Shown one piece after another: positions 28,365-38,412 of a DNA stretch of 64,000 nt (positions are counted from its first letter, which is position 1; each line of letters begins with the position of its first letter). The DNA is from an archaeon (lineage in GTDB: Archaea > EX4484-52 > WAPT01). Made by a program: the position numbers and the translations under genes. The notes beneath the pieces were generated by a model. The model saw only the letters and a list, made by a program, of their open reading frames with translations. It did not search any database and was not told where the DNA came from. The stretch is taken from the NCBI GenBank assembly GCA_029258795.1, contig JAPDKB010000007.1, positions 1-64,000 on the forward strand, read 5' to 3'.

Positions 28365-28996
28365 GCAATAATGATGTGGAACACAAATTTATAGATGAAG
28401 ATCATCAACAGCAGGTTAACCGCCGAGCTGACTGCAGAGTGCATGTATTCCGGCACGTCTGAGGAACGCGTTCTCAGAATGTTAAGGATGGACTTAACAC
28501 CAAGGGTGAGCACAAATACAGCCAGCAGAGGTACACCACTGAGCTGAGACGCCATATAACCGAATGCGCACACCACAAAATCTATCAGCGTGGTTAAGCC
28601 AAAGTTCACCGGCCACTCGTCAGGATTGACGTACTCCCTCCACAGCCAGAACTTCAACAGCTTGAGAGCAATGTTGGGTACGAGCAGAGTCAGCAGGATG
28701 CCATTAACTAATCCGTACCTGTAACCGAAGAGAAAGGTGGCTGTGGTGGTGAACTCCAGTCCCGGAAAGGAAAGGGTGCTCAGCACGGTCTTTTCCATCA
28801 GCATGATGAAAAGACAGAAGGCCATGAGCTTGTCGAAAGGCAGCACAATCATCACCGGAAGAAAGGTTATGTAAATTCTGTATTTTTGAAAGATGTTTTG
28901 GCTTTCCGCCGGGTCCACATTGCGTGTTTTAGAATCAGCATGCCGAGCTTTACGGTGGTCGTCATCACCACTACTTGATTCACCATCACTCTCCAT
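28361..28996 (-). CDS. multi-pass membrane protein (possible ECF S-component fold)
   Basis: Five to six hydrophobic segments; GLEFTT...GYRYGLVNG. Confidence 0.7.
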   Translation of the reverse strand: MESDGESSSGDDDHRKARHADSKTRNVDPAESQNIFQKYRIYITFLPVMIVLPFDKLMAFCLFIMLMEKTVLSTLSFPGLEFTTTATFLFGYRYGLVNGILLTLLVPNIALKLLKFWLWREYVNPDEWPVNFGLTTLIDFVVCAFGYMASQLSGVPLLAVFVLTLGVKSILNILRTRSSDVPEYMHSAVSSAVNLLLMIFIYKFVFHIIIA

Positions 28997-29082
28997 AACG
29001 ATAAAGAGATATGCGGGTTGGATTTTTATTTTTTAGGGTATGCCACCCCCAAGCAAAAATGTAAGGTATGTGTTGTATTATT

Positions 29083-30051
29083 TTAACTCCTTCCCATCAT
29101 TATCTCCAGCAACACCTCCCTGACCTTCTTGGGATCGTAAGCTACATCTCCCTTCTCAAGAAGCAGATCTCTGCCTATGAACCTTTCATCCTCGACACCG
29201 CACTTCACCACATCCAGAAGCAATGGCTCTTTCATCTTGTATTGGCGCAACCGTTTTTCATCGACGCTTGTAGTGTTGTATATCACGTAGTCCAGCTTCG
29301 TTCCAGCATACCTCTCTATCACATCCACGAAATCCTCAACGAAGAAGCCGTTGCTCTCACCGAACTTCGTCATGGCAGGAGCTATGAATATTTTTTTCGC
29401 TTTGGTTTCTGCTATCGCTTCCCTGATTCCTTTCGGCAGGAAACAGCACACCAAACTTGAGTAAATGTCGCCGGGCCCGATTATTATGAAGTCAGCGCTT
29501 TTTATCTCTTCCACCACAGGAGGATAGGCTTCCGCTTCCGGCTCCAGCCACACCCTGACTATGCGCAGATTTCCGTCGTGCTGCTTCGGCACATCTATCT
29601 CATCCTCTCCCTCAATCACCTGCCCGTTCTCAAGCTCAGCACACAGCTGCACCTTCTCAAGGGTTGCAGGGTAGCACTTACCCTTCACCTTCATGAATTC
29701 GTGCACCACTTTCATCGCTTCCTCAAAGCTGCCGAGCACGTGCTCCAGCCCGGCAATAAAGACGTTCGCAAAGCTGTGCCCTCTATGACCTCCACCGAAA
29801 ACAACGTCATTGGCAAACCTCAGCTGCCAGAGCTTCTTTTTCCATTCTTCCGCTTCCGAAAGAGCGAGTATGTGCCTCCTTATATCCCCGGGGGGAAGAA
29901 CATCCAATTCTTTCCTCAACGCTCCGGTTGAGCCACCGTTATCCACCATCGAAGTTACGGATACAAGTTCCACACCCTCGACATCCTTCAGCTGAGAGAG
30001 CACGAGTTCTGGCATTGCCGAACCGCCGCCAAAGCAGAGCACTTTCACCAT
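29083..30051 (-). CDS. YvcK/GlmR (CofD-like) family protein
   Basis: FGGGS, VDNGGSTGALR, LPPGDIR, GHSFAN, GEDEID, IIGPGDIYSS. Confidence 0.9.
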   Translation of the reverse strand: MVKVLCFGGGSAMPELVLSQLKDVEGVELVSVTSMVDNGGSTGALRKELDVLPPGDIRRHILALSEAEEWKKKLWQLRFANDVVFGGGHRGHSFANVFIAGLEHVLGSFEEAMKVVHEFMKVKGKCYPATLEKVQLCAELENGQVIEGEDEIDVPKQHDGNLRIVRVWLEPEAEAYPPVVEEIKSADFIIIGPGDIYSSLVCCFLPKGIREAIAETKAKKIFIAPAMTKFGESNGFFVEDFVDVIERYAGTKLDYVIYNTTSVDEKRLRQYKMKEPLLLDVVKCGVEDERFIGRDLLLEKGDVAYDPKKVREVLLEIMMGRS

Positions 30052-30064
30052 CCACTCATCACCC

Positions 30065-30763
30065 TCACATCTTCTCAATCATCTTTTCGAGCTCGTCCAG
30101 TTTCTGAACCCACCCATCCGGACTGCCTTTCTTCTCAGCTGAAACCAGCACAGTTTTCATGCCGAGCTGTTTTGCCGGCTTTAGATCGCGTTCCCAGTCA
30201 TCACCCACAACCACACACTCTTCCGGCTTGACATTCAGTTCTTCCATTATGATGCGATAGAATTTGCGGGAGGGTTTCATTGTGCCCGTTTTTTCCGGCG
30301 TGACAACCATCCTGAAAATACCCCGCCATGAAGGTAACGCTTTATCGAGCTTCAGCTCGAGCATGTCCATGAACTCGTCACTGGCTATGCATAGCACGTA
30401 CTTTTCAGCAAGCTTTTTTATGAACCTCTCAAGCTCTGGTACGGCAGGACTGAGCGTGGAGAGTATGCCCTCCCAGAAAATGGAAAGCGCTTCCTCCATT
30501 ATCCTTTCCACACCATCCTCGTGCGTCACTCCGAACTGCCCGAGAACTATGTAGAGAGAGTAGTATCTGCTCCTTTTTTCGGGATTTTTCGCATCCTTCG
30601 AGTTAAGTATGTTTCTCACATGTTCACGCCACACGCGTTCAACCACACTCTTCTCCTCTTTCAGCACTTTGGCAAGGTAGCGAAACATCTCGTCGTAAGC
30701 GTGAGAGGTGTCCGTCGTGTAGAGGGTGTGATCCGCGTCAAATATAACAACCTTAACGCTCAC
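30065..30763 (-). CDS. HAD-superfamily hydrolase
   Basis: FDADHTL, MKP, VGDDWERD. Confidence 0.88.
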   Translation of the reverse strand: MSVKVVIFDADHTLYTTDTSHAYDEMFRYLAKVLKEEKSVVERVWREHVRNILNSKDAKNPEKRSRYYSLYIVLGQFGVTHEDGVERIMEEALSIFWEGILSTLSPAVPELERFIKKLAEKYVLCIASDEFMDMLELKLDKALPSWRGIFRMVVTPEKTGTMKPSRKFYRIIMEELNVKPEECVVVGDDWERDLKPAKQLGMKTVLVSAEKKGSPDGWVQKLDELEKMIEKM

Positions 30764-32045
30764 GCTTCACCACCATTTTCTCGCCTTTTGTGAAGTAGAG
30801 CACGTTTGAAGGCACGTTTTCATCAACAAGCGTTGCCGGTCCCACCACCACATTGCTTCCCACCATCTTGCCGGGCATTATGCTGCAATTTATACCGATT
30901 TTCGTGTTCACCCCCACAATCCCGCCCAGTTTTCTTCTGCCCGTATCGATCTTTTTTCCTTTCACCTCCGCCATGATGTTCTTCCTGTCAAGCCTGACGT
31001 TTGCGAAGATCGTGCCCGCTCCAACCTTGACTTCTTCCGCCAGCACCGTATCTCCGAAAAATCCTGAATGGACGTGCACACCATCCAGAAAGGCGCTTCT
31101 TGTGACTTCAGCGTTGGCTCCGACCACCACATCCTCCTCCAGCACCGTGTAATCCCTCACAAGAGCATTTGTTCCAACAACAGCATTCCTTCCTATATAT
31201 GCTGGACCTTTGATCACCGCGTTTTCCATAATTTTCGCTCCACTTTCAACCATAACGTTACCTTCTATCACCGCTCTTTCGGAAATGCTGGCATCATCAC
31301 TTATCCAACCATCCCTGAACCATTCATCAAGCACGCTTCTTGCAAAGTCAAGAACATGCCACGGGAATTTAAGGGTGGTGGTTTCTCTTTCCATAATCAT
31401 GAGCTCCGCGCTCTCTTTTTTCAGCATGGCGTCCAGAGCTTCTTCATAGGAATAATGGTGTTTGCTCACCTTTTTATGATAATCAAAGAACTTGGAAGAC
31501 AGGAGGTAGATACCCATTATTCTGATGTTCGACGGCTCTTTACCCTTCTCCGGCTTCTCCACAAGTCCGACTGGTTTACCATCCTCTCCCAGCACGAAAA
31601 CTCCATAGTTCCATGGCGCTTCTGTCTTCCTGCCCACAACTACCGTATCCGGCTTTTTTCTCTTCCACACATCCAGCATGCTTTTAACGAAGTGGTGCGC
31701 ATCCGCATGATTGGGATTGAGCACAAGGAAATAATCATCTACAAGCTCTCTCGCCTTTTCAACAGCATCCCCCATGCCTGCAGGCTTCTCTTGCACGACG
31801 AAATCGATGGTTGCATCCACATCGTAGCTTTCAAGCGCTTTCTCAACATCTCCCGAGGGAGATTGCACCACCACGAAATCCTTTATGCCGGCTTTCATCA
31901 AACTCAGAATCGTCCACAGGATAATGGGTTTTCCCGCTATCTTAATTGTGCTCTTATGCCTCGTTTTTCCGGATGGCGCTTCATTCAGAGGCCAGAATCT
32001 TGAGCTTTCTCCTGCAGCAAGCAGAACAGCTTTGATGTTCCTCAT
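30753..32045 (-). CDS. glmU: bifunctional sugar-1-phosphate nucleotidylyltransferase/acetyltransferase (archaeal GlmU-like)
   Basis: LAAGESSRFWPL, VEKP, left-handed beta-helix repeats, ANVRLD, TGRRKLG. Confidence 0.85.
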   Translation of the reverse strand: MRNIKAVLLAAGESSRFWPLNEAPSGKTRHKSTIKIAGKPIILWTILSLMKAGIKDFVVVQSPSGDVEKALESYDVDATIDFVVQEKPAGMGDAVEKARELVDDYFLVLNPNHADAHHFVKSMLDVWKRKKPDTVVVGRKTEAPWNYGVFVLGEDGKPVGLVEKPEKGKEPSNIRIMGIYLLSSKFFDYHKKVSKHHYSYEEALDAMLKKESAELMIMERETTTLKFPWHVLDFARSVLDEWFRDGWISDDASISERAVIEGNVMVESGAKIMENAVIKGPAYIGRNAVVGTNALVRDYTVLEEDVVVGANAEVTRSAFLDGVHVHSGFFGDTVLAEEVKVGAGTIFANVRLDRKNIMAEVKGKKIDTGRRKLGGIVGVNTKIGINCSIMPGKMVGSNVVVGPATLVDENVPSNVLYFTKGEKMVVKRER

Positions 32046-32147
32046 TTACTTATCACCAATCATATTTTAGCGGTAATATTTTTATTACTCAATTGTACTG
32101 TTTACTCGTGTTTGTAAAAAATAAAAAATAGTAGCGATTTTGCGCGT

Positions 32148-32744
32148 TTATTGCATCAAGGATTCGTTTATGACTTCCTCGATCGCCTTTTTTACGTATT
32201 CTCGTTTATCTGCCGGTACTTTGAATATGTTCCGTAAGGCGTCATAGCCCCAGAAAGGAGGCTCTGCTATAAATGGAGGATTATCTCTGCCTTTTTCACT
32301 GTAAGCATCTCTAGATGGCACACCCGCCAGCAGGATATCCTTACTCTCATAATCTGGTATATTGTAGACCCAATCTCTAATTACTCTTGAAATGTGGTCT
32401 TTGCTGCTTACTGCAAATATTCCCTTTGCTCCTTCTTTCTTAGCCAGATCATATATATTTTGTACATTTTCAAAGGTATTTTTGGAATCCTTCTCTAAAA
32501 CGACATTATATTTCTTTATTTCAGGCATTTTTTCTTTAGCCCACTGATAAATTATGTCTGCTTCCTTTATGCCATCTTTTTCGACACCTCCAGAAATCAC
32601 CACTTCACATTCGATGCCATATTTTTCCAAAAATTTAGCCACTTCTAATGTTCTACTCAATCTGTCGTTAACCACAGCATCAAAATTATCTGCACTTGGA
32701 TTGTATCCGTGCATTGCAACAATAATATCGCTCACACCACTCAC
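32148..32744 (-). CDS. YdcF/DUF218-family protein
   Basis: RL...ISGG...EA...LEKDSKNTFENV...VSSKDHISR. Confidence 0.8.
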   Translation of the reverse strand: MSGVSDIIVAMHGYNPSADNFDAVVNDRLSRTLEVAKFLEKYGIECEVVISGGVEKDGIKEADIIYQWAKEKMPEIKKYNVVLEKDSKNTFENVQNIYDLAKKEGAKGIFAVSSKDHISRVIRDWVYNIPDYESKDILLAGVPSRDAYSEKGRDNPPFIAEPPFWGYDALRNIFKVPADKREYVKKAIEEVINESLMQ

Positions 32745-32873
32745 CTCCTTTATTCACTTTCTCGTGGTTAAAAAATAGAGCAGAAGCTTTTTAAACAGAT
32801 ATTTAAAAACTTTTTTAATCCATTTTTACCGATTTCAAAAATATTTTTAAAGATTCCACACAAATTTTCAAGC

Positions 32874-33782
32874 ATGTTTCTGATCGTGGATGAAGGAAAA
32901 AAGAAAGCGTATCCTGCTGTGCAGGCAGATGAGGAGATGTTGAAGGTTGTGACACATCCCTTACGGCTCAGAATTCTCGAGCTTCTCTCCCAGGACTCGC
33001 TCTATCTTTCGGAAATTGCCAGAACGCTCGGCACAAATGAGCAGAAAATCTTTTATCACCTCAACTTGCTAAAGAGGGCAGGACTGGTTATGGAGGACAA
33101 GAAGAAAAGCCACGCCGGGTTGAAATATTTTAAGGCGGTGAAAAAGGGGATCGCGTTTCTGCCCGATTATGTTGCTTCTCTTACCCATGATCTCGAGCTG
33201 AGCGATTTCATAGCGGTTCCTGAAATTCTGGACGGGTTCGTGCAGGACGGAAAGATAAACTGCAAGATCGTGGTTGGTGCGCCATTTCCCCACGGAAAAT
33301 GGAACAAAGGAAGTAGATCCAATTATCTGGCTGCTGAAGTTGCAAGTGTGCTGGGGAAGTACGGCACCACCACGGAAAGGCTTGCCTATCTGGACGTGGA
33401 GCTGGACGATGAGATGAAAAAGGATAATCTGGTGGTTATAGCTGGCATGCACGTCAACACCCTACAAGAAGAGCTAAACCCATACCTTCCTATAAGGTTC
33501 GATGAACACGGTACCCGAATAATCTCAACCATCAGCGGAACCGAGTATACGGATGATGATTGCGGTTTTGTTTGTGTGGCGGAAAATCCGTTCGCTTCGG
33601 GCAAAAAAGTGCTCGTTCTTGCAGGACTGGAATCGATTGGCACGAGGGCTGCGGTCTTTGCCTTCAAAAACTACATCGAAAAGCTAAACAAGGGAAATAT
33701 GTATGATCGCGAGATTAAGGCACGGGTTGTAAGGGGAGTGGAGAGCAAGGGCGATATAAAAGAAATTGTGTTTCTTGAGTGA
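32874..33782 (+). CDS. ArsR-type HTH transcriptional regulator with large C-terminal domain
   Basis: HPLRLRILELL...SEIARTLG...YHLNLLKRAGLV. Confidence 0.85.
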   Translation: MFLIVDEGKKKAYPAVQADEEMLKVVTHPLRLRILELLSQDSLYLSEIARTLGTNEQKIFYHLNLLKRAGLVMEDKKKSHAGLKYFKAVKKGIAFLPDYVASLTHDLELSDFIAVPEILDGFVQDGKINCKIVVGAPFPHGKWNKGSRSNYLAAEVASVLGKYGTTTERLAYLDVELDDEMKKDNLVVIAGMHVNTLQEELNPYLPIRFDEHGTRIISTISGTEYTDDDCGFVCVAENPFASGKKVLVLAGLESIGTRAAVFAFKNYIEKLNKGNMYDREIKARVVRGVESKGDIKEIVFLE

Positions 33783-33870
33783 GAAGATTAACCGAAAAGT
33801 GATGAAAAAATTGAAAAGTTTTTTTCTCTCAGGAATGAGTTAGAGATAACACACAAATCAAATTAGTGGG

Positions 33871-34170
33871 GTGAGTAAGATGAACGAGATTAAAGCTGTG
33901 CCTTACGTGGAGGTTGATTTCTCCAGAATCTCAGAATCTAAGGTGCTGGGGTTGCTGAATGAACCACCTTTTAGAACAACAGAATGTGTAACGGCCAACA
34001 CCATTTACAGAGGTATTTTATTGGAGGACTACACTACATTAATAGGAGCGGTAGAAACTCTGAAAAAATCAGACCCTACTACCTATGAGTTGGTGCTTGA
34101 AGCTCTTGAGGAAGATGGCAGGAAGGGAATAATAAGATTAGTTTACTCTTCGAGAAATGAGCGCGCATAA
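33871..34170 (+). CDS. hypothetical protein (99 aa)
   Basis: Only ORF filling the gap; SD-like GGGGTGA; 33-bp convergent overlap with the MFS gene. Confidence 0.55.
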   Translation: MSKMNEIKAVPYVEVDFSRISESKVLGLLNEPPFRTTECVTANTIYRGILLEDYTTLIGAVETLKKSDPTTYELVLEALEEDGRKGIIRLVYSSRNERA

Positions 34171-35352
34171 AATAGCGCACAATCCAAGAGCGATGCCGTC
34201 CATCAGGAAAGCAGCCCTTATGCCGTGGTTGTGGGCAACGAAGCCAGCAACCAGAGAGCCGACAGCCACACCCAGAGCAGTGATGAAAGTATCTAACACC
34301 GCCCCTTCTTCTTCGTTGTGTCTGAACGTCCGTGCAATTAGCCCGCTCTTCCCGCTTTCTGAGACAAGCTTTGCGCTGTATTCGATAAGGTAAATGATGA
34401 AGAGAAGTGGCAGGTAGAAGCACGTAGCAACACCGAGAGCCATGATGGATGATATGCTATTTCCCACGAGCAGATTGTTCTCACTTTTCCTTTTCTCCAC
34501 AAATTTTGCAAGTTTCCATGAGATTATTATGGAAATTAGCGAGGTAATGGATATCCATCCAACTATCCAGCTTTTTGATAGATAAAACTCATTTTTGAGA
34601 AGTAAAACAAAAAAGCTGCGGTACACACCGGCAGAAAACATTGCTATGAATGCTGCTGCAAGGAAGATTGCGATTTTCATCTCGTAGCGGGTTTTTTTAT
34701 GGCTTGTAGCTTTGCTTTTTTTAGTTAGAGTTGCGCTATCAGCATCTGTTTTAATGAATTCCCACTCCCGCACTGCAAAAACCACCGCGATGAAATAAAC
34801 CAGCAGCGAGGTCATAAAAACCTCTCTGAACGAAAACGCCCAGAGAATCACACCCCCGATTGTGGGTGCGAGAAAGTTGGAGTAGAATGGTGCACTGTAA
34901 AAATACAGGAAATCCTTATCGTACGACTTGCTTTTATGTTCCATTATAACGCTCCTCATGCCAACATAAAACAGTGCGGCGCTCAACCCTAGCTCCACCT
35001 GCCACAAATAGAAGGTTGTAACACTCCTTGCAAATAGCATGCCGATGGAGTAAGCAGCATAACCCATCATACCTGTGGGAATAGCGTATCTGGCCGACAC
35101 TCGCTCTCGAGTGATGAGTATCCACACCACGATGCTGAAAAAGGCCATGCTTGCATAGAGCAGCATATACATCGAACCTATGACTGCCAGATCGAATCCC
35201 TTCTGCTCAAGAAAAAGTGGATAGTAAAGGGAGAACATCTTGTAGCCAAAGAGTACGAGAAAATGAGACAGAGAAGCGTAGAGCACGGGCGTCATTTCGG
35301 AAGTATGAAGCAAAAATGTTCTTTTCATGGAAGTACTGTTTTGATTTTCCAT
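34138..35352 (-). CDS. MFS transporter
   Basis: About 12 hydrophobic helices in two halves; APTIGG, GSLVAG. Confidence 0.82.
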   Translation of the reverse strand: MENQNSTSMKRTFLLHTSEMTPVLYASLSHFLVLFGYKMFSLYYPLFLEQKGFDLAVIGSMYMLLYASMAFFSIVVWILITRERVSARYAIPTGMMGYAAYSIGMLFARSVTTFYLWQVELGLSAALFYVGMRSVIMEHKSKSYDKDFLYFYSAPFYSNFLAPTIGGVILWAFSFREVFMTSLLVYFIAVVFAVREWEFIKTDADSATLTKKSKATSHKKTRYEMKIAIFLAAAFIAMFSAGVYRSFFVLLLKNEFYLSKSWIVGWISITSLISIIISWKLAKFVEKRKSENNLLVGNSISSIMALGVATCFYLPLLFIIYLIEYSAKLVSESGKSGLIARTFRHNEEEGAVLDTFITALGVAVGSLVAGFVAHNHGIRAAFLMDGIALGLCAILCALISRRVN

Positions 35353-35362
35353 TAGATAAATG

Positions 35363-35641
35363 TTATTCTTTATACTGACTCATACTCTCTCTGTAGCTTT
35401 TCAGTTTCTGTGCTGATGTGTTTGCAGGATCAAAATAAAAGCCATTCACAGGGTCGAAGAAAACGATGCCAGTTTTGACACATACTATGGGGTGGCGGAG
35501 TCCCACGACACCTTCTTCTCTGAACTGACCCACTTTGTCCTGATAGCTCTCTTTTGGTTTGCCGATAAGTTCGACGTAAAACCCATTCACGGGATCAATA
35601 TATGCTCTTCCTCTTTTTGTATCAACCACAGGATGTCTCAC
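35363..35641 (-). CDS. small protein made of two tandem repeats
   Basis: RHPVVDTKRG..DPVNGFY and RHPIVCVKTG..DPVNGFY; SD AGGTGGTG. Confidence 0.7.
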   Translation of the reverse strand: MRHPVVDTKRGRAYIDPVNGFYVELIGKPKESYQDKVGQFREEGVVGLRHPIVCVKTGIVFFDPVNGFYFDPANTSAQKLKSYRESMSQYKE

Positions 35642-35745
35642 GAAACACCACCTTTTTAACTTTCGAATGTGTTGAAAAACTTAAAAATCATTTCTCCTCG
35701 GCGGTGAAGAAAAAGTTATAAGGGAGTTCTGATCAAGATTATCTC

Positions 35746-36903
35746 ATGGAACTCTTCACACTTCTTGCGGTGATGTACCTGGCCACGGTAGCTGTGGGTA
35801 TCGTGCTTGAAAGGCTTCGTGTGCCTTGGATTTTTGGAGCGCTGCTATTTGGGGTTGCTTTGTCCGCGCTTGGAATTAAAATGAAAAATGGCAACATGGA
35901 ATATCTTGAACCTTTAGGGGAGCTCGGGATGCTCTTCTTGCTGTTCATAATAGGGTTCGAGATCAGCATACATGAACTTAGAAGACAGAGCAAATACGTA
36001 ATCTCTCTCACGACGTTCATCATTCTTTTTGAAGCACTGATGGGAGGGCTGACACTCCACTACATTTTTCACTATCCTATTAAAGTATCCTTCATCGCAG
36101 CATTATCTCTGGCCACCATCGGGGAAGCTATTCTCGTACCCATCCTTGACGAGTTCGGGATCGCGAGAACGAGAATCGGGGAAGTGATAATAAGCGTTGG
36201 CACACTTGATGATATCTTTGAAGTTGTGGCCATATTCTTTGCGGGATTGCTCGTAAGCGCGACAAGCTATCAGACCCTCGAGAGAAGTGCGATTGCTCTT
36301 GGAGTACTGCTCATCAGCACCGCGGTGCTTCTCAAAGTCAGAAAACTGATAAAGGAAGAAATAAGGCATGCTAAGCTCAAGTACTTCCTGCTGGGAGGCT
36401 GTCTGTTCGTATTTTTCAGCTTTGTGAGCATTGCGAAGTGGGGAGGAATGGATGCCGTGGGGGCCATCTTGGCTGGAGTGGTTGCGGGAAATCTCCTGCC
36501 TTCCGGACTCAAACGGCACATTGAAAGCGAGGTGAGGGTTCTTGCGTATGGATTTTTTGCCACCATATTCTTCTTCGTGGTCGGGCTGAGCATGGATGTG
36601 CATGAAATCCTCGCATATCCTCTGCTAACCCTGACCATATTTGCGGTTGCGACCGCAAGCAAATATGTTGCGGTGTGGGTTGGCGGACTCGGAAGGATGA
36701 ATGTAAGGGAGCGGCTGGTAACAGCAACAGGACTTTCGGTCAGATTTTCCACAAGCTTGGTGGTGGCAAAGATATTGCTGAACAACAAACTCATAGATAT
36801 CTCCCTTTATAGCGCGTTCGTTGCAGCTTCATCCATATCAACAATTCTCGTGCCCTTCGTTTTCGCATGGATGCTGAAAAGGTGGAGGGAAACGTTCGTA
36901 TAA
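35746..36903 (+). CDS. cation:proton antiporter (CPA2/KefB-like)
   Basis: LGMLFLLFIIGFE, TLDD, FFATIFFFVVG; 12-13 TM segments. Confidence 0.88.
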   Translation: MELFTLLAVMYLATVAVGIVLERLRVPWIFGALLFGVALSALGIKMKNGNMEYLEPLGELGMLFLLFIIGFEISIHELRRQSKYVISLTTFIILFEALMGGLTLHYIFHYPIKVSFIAALSLATIGEAILVPILDEFGIARTRIGEVIISVGTLDDIFEVVAIFFAGLLVSATSYQTLERSAIALGVLLISTAVLLKVRKLIKEEIRHAKLKYFLLGGCLFVFFSFVSIAKWGGMDAVGAILAGVVAGNLLPSGLKRHIESEVRVLAYGFFATIFFFVVGLSMDVHEILAYPLLTLTIFAVATASKYVAVWVGGLGRMNVRERLVTATGLSVRFSTSLVVAKILLNNKLIDISLYSAFVAASSISTILVPFVFAWMLKRWRETFV

Positions 36904-36958
36904 AAGTTAATCGTCAGCGACCGGATGGAAAATGAGAAAATAACAGCTCTTCCATCAC

Positions 36959-38332
36959 TCAAACCGCACCCATGGATTTGAGCACACTCTCCAGCTCATT
37001 CATGATCTCTTCCTTTATTCTTTCCAGGGCTTCCTCGTTATCGGCTTCGAACCTGCATTTTATCATCGGCTCCGTGTTTGATGGCCTCACTATCCCCCAA
37101 CCATCTTCAAAGTCAACTCTCACTCCATCCATCGTGTTGAGCTGATAGCCCTTGGCTTCAAGCCTTTCCCTCAGCTTTTCAATGACATCCCATTTCAGCT
37201 CATCCTTCACTTTTATGTGGATCTCCGGCGTGGCCATGGCTTTCGGCAGCTCTGCCACGAAAGAACTCAGCGGAACATCAAGCTTGCTCACGAACTCCGC
37301 CATTTTCGCGCATGCGAAGATACCGTCGTCAAAGTAATGGTAGCAATAGGGGAAATACATGTGGCCCGAGAGCTCTCCTCCAAAAACAGCATTTCTCTTC
37401 ATCACCTCGTCCAGAATGTAGGCATGCCCAACTTTAGTTATAACAACCTTCCCTCCATTTTCCTCCACGAACTTCATGACAGCTTTTGATGTCCTGACCT
37501 CAAACACGACATAACCCTTTCTGTGCTCCAGAGCCTGCTTTGCGAGTATCATGAGGATCTGATCCTGCGTGACAACATTTCCTTTCTCATCCACAACTCC
37601 AATGCGATCACCATCTCCGTCAAGCGCTAAGCCGAGATCCGCTTTCTCTTTCACGACCTCCTCCTGAAGCCATTTCAGTGTTTCAGCTTTGAGGGGATCA
37701 GCTATATGGTTGGGAAATGTGCCATCCGGCTCCTTGAATATGGTCTTGACATCACAGCCGAGCTCCTTCAGAATTCTCTCGGGAATGTCCGCGCATGCTC
37801 CGTTACCAACATCCACCACAACCTTCAGCTTCCTTCCCAGCTTTACACGGGAAACTATGTTCTGGATGTAATCCTCAACCATGTTTTTATTCTCAACAAC
37901 TCCTCTCTCACTTGCTTTCTCTACCTCACCTTCCGCAACCATCCTTCCTATCTCATAGATTCCATTTTCGGCGTAAATTGGGTAGGCATTCTTACCGTTC
38001 AGCTTGAAGCCGTTATACTCGGGTGGGTTGTGGCTTGCTGTGACAGCAACACCACCATCGGTACCCAGCTTTATTATGCCGTAATACATGAGCGGGGTTG
38101 GACCGAAACCCAGATCAATTACATCACACCCCGCATCGAGAATTCCCTCGATTAGCTTTCCTTTGAGCTGGGGTGTGCTTGTCCTGTAATCTCCTATCAC
38201 CACCAGCTTTTTTGCTTTCAGAAACTGTGGAAAAGCGAGCCCCATCCTGTAAGCTATATCCTCGTTCAGCTCAGAAGGGTAAATGCCACGAACATCATAA
38301 GCTTTGAAGATGCGCGGGATCTCAGCAGGCAT
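36959..38332 (-). CDS. phosphomannomutase/phosphoglucomutase
   Basis: FKAYDVRG, TASHNP, DGDGDR, GELSGH, RPSNTEP; TATA about 26 nt upstream of ATG 38332. Confidence 0.94.
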   Translation of the reverse strand: MPAEIPRIFKAYDVRGIYPSELNEDIAYRMGLAFPQFLKAKKLVVIGDYRTSTPQLKGKLIEGILDAGCDVIDLGFGPTPLMYYGIIKLGTDGGVAVTASHNPPEYNGFKLNGKNAYPIYAENGIYEIGRMVAEGEVEKASERGVVENKNMVEDYIQNIVSRVKLGRKLKVVVDVGNGACADIPERILKELGCDVKTIFKEPDGTFPNHIADPLKAETLKWLQEEVVKEKADLGLALDGDGDRIGVVDEKGNVVTQDQILMILAKQALEHRKGYVVFEVRTSKAVMKFVEENGGKVVITKVGHAYILDEVMKRNAVFGGELSGHMYFPYCYHYFDDGIFACAKMAEFVSKLDVPLSSFVAELPKAMATPEIHIKVKDELKWDVIEKLRERLEAKGYQLNTMDGVRVDFEDGWGIVRPSNTEPMIKCRFEADNEEALERIKEEIMNELESVLKSMGAV

Positions 38333-38412
38333 ACTGCACAACCATGAGGTAAGAAAAATATTTAAAGGGAAGGGTGCTCGAAAACGGCAAGCAGCACCCC
38401 ACCGAACCAACT

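Noticed and set aside
31068-32003. 311-aa plus-strand ORF
   Set aside because: Antisense shadow of the GlmU-like gene; other long antisense ORFs (14614, 21158, 44947, 56798) rejected for the same reason
32788-32809. Inverted repeat TTTTTAAA-N6-TTTAAAAA near the ArsR gene
   Set aside because: Pure A/T arms in an AT-rich promoter region; explained by divergent TATA boxes or chance
33799-33870. GTGATGA box-C-like word in an intergenic region, possible C/D sRNA
   Set aside because: No box D (CTGA) at a suitable distance and no terminal stem
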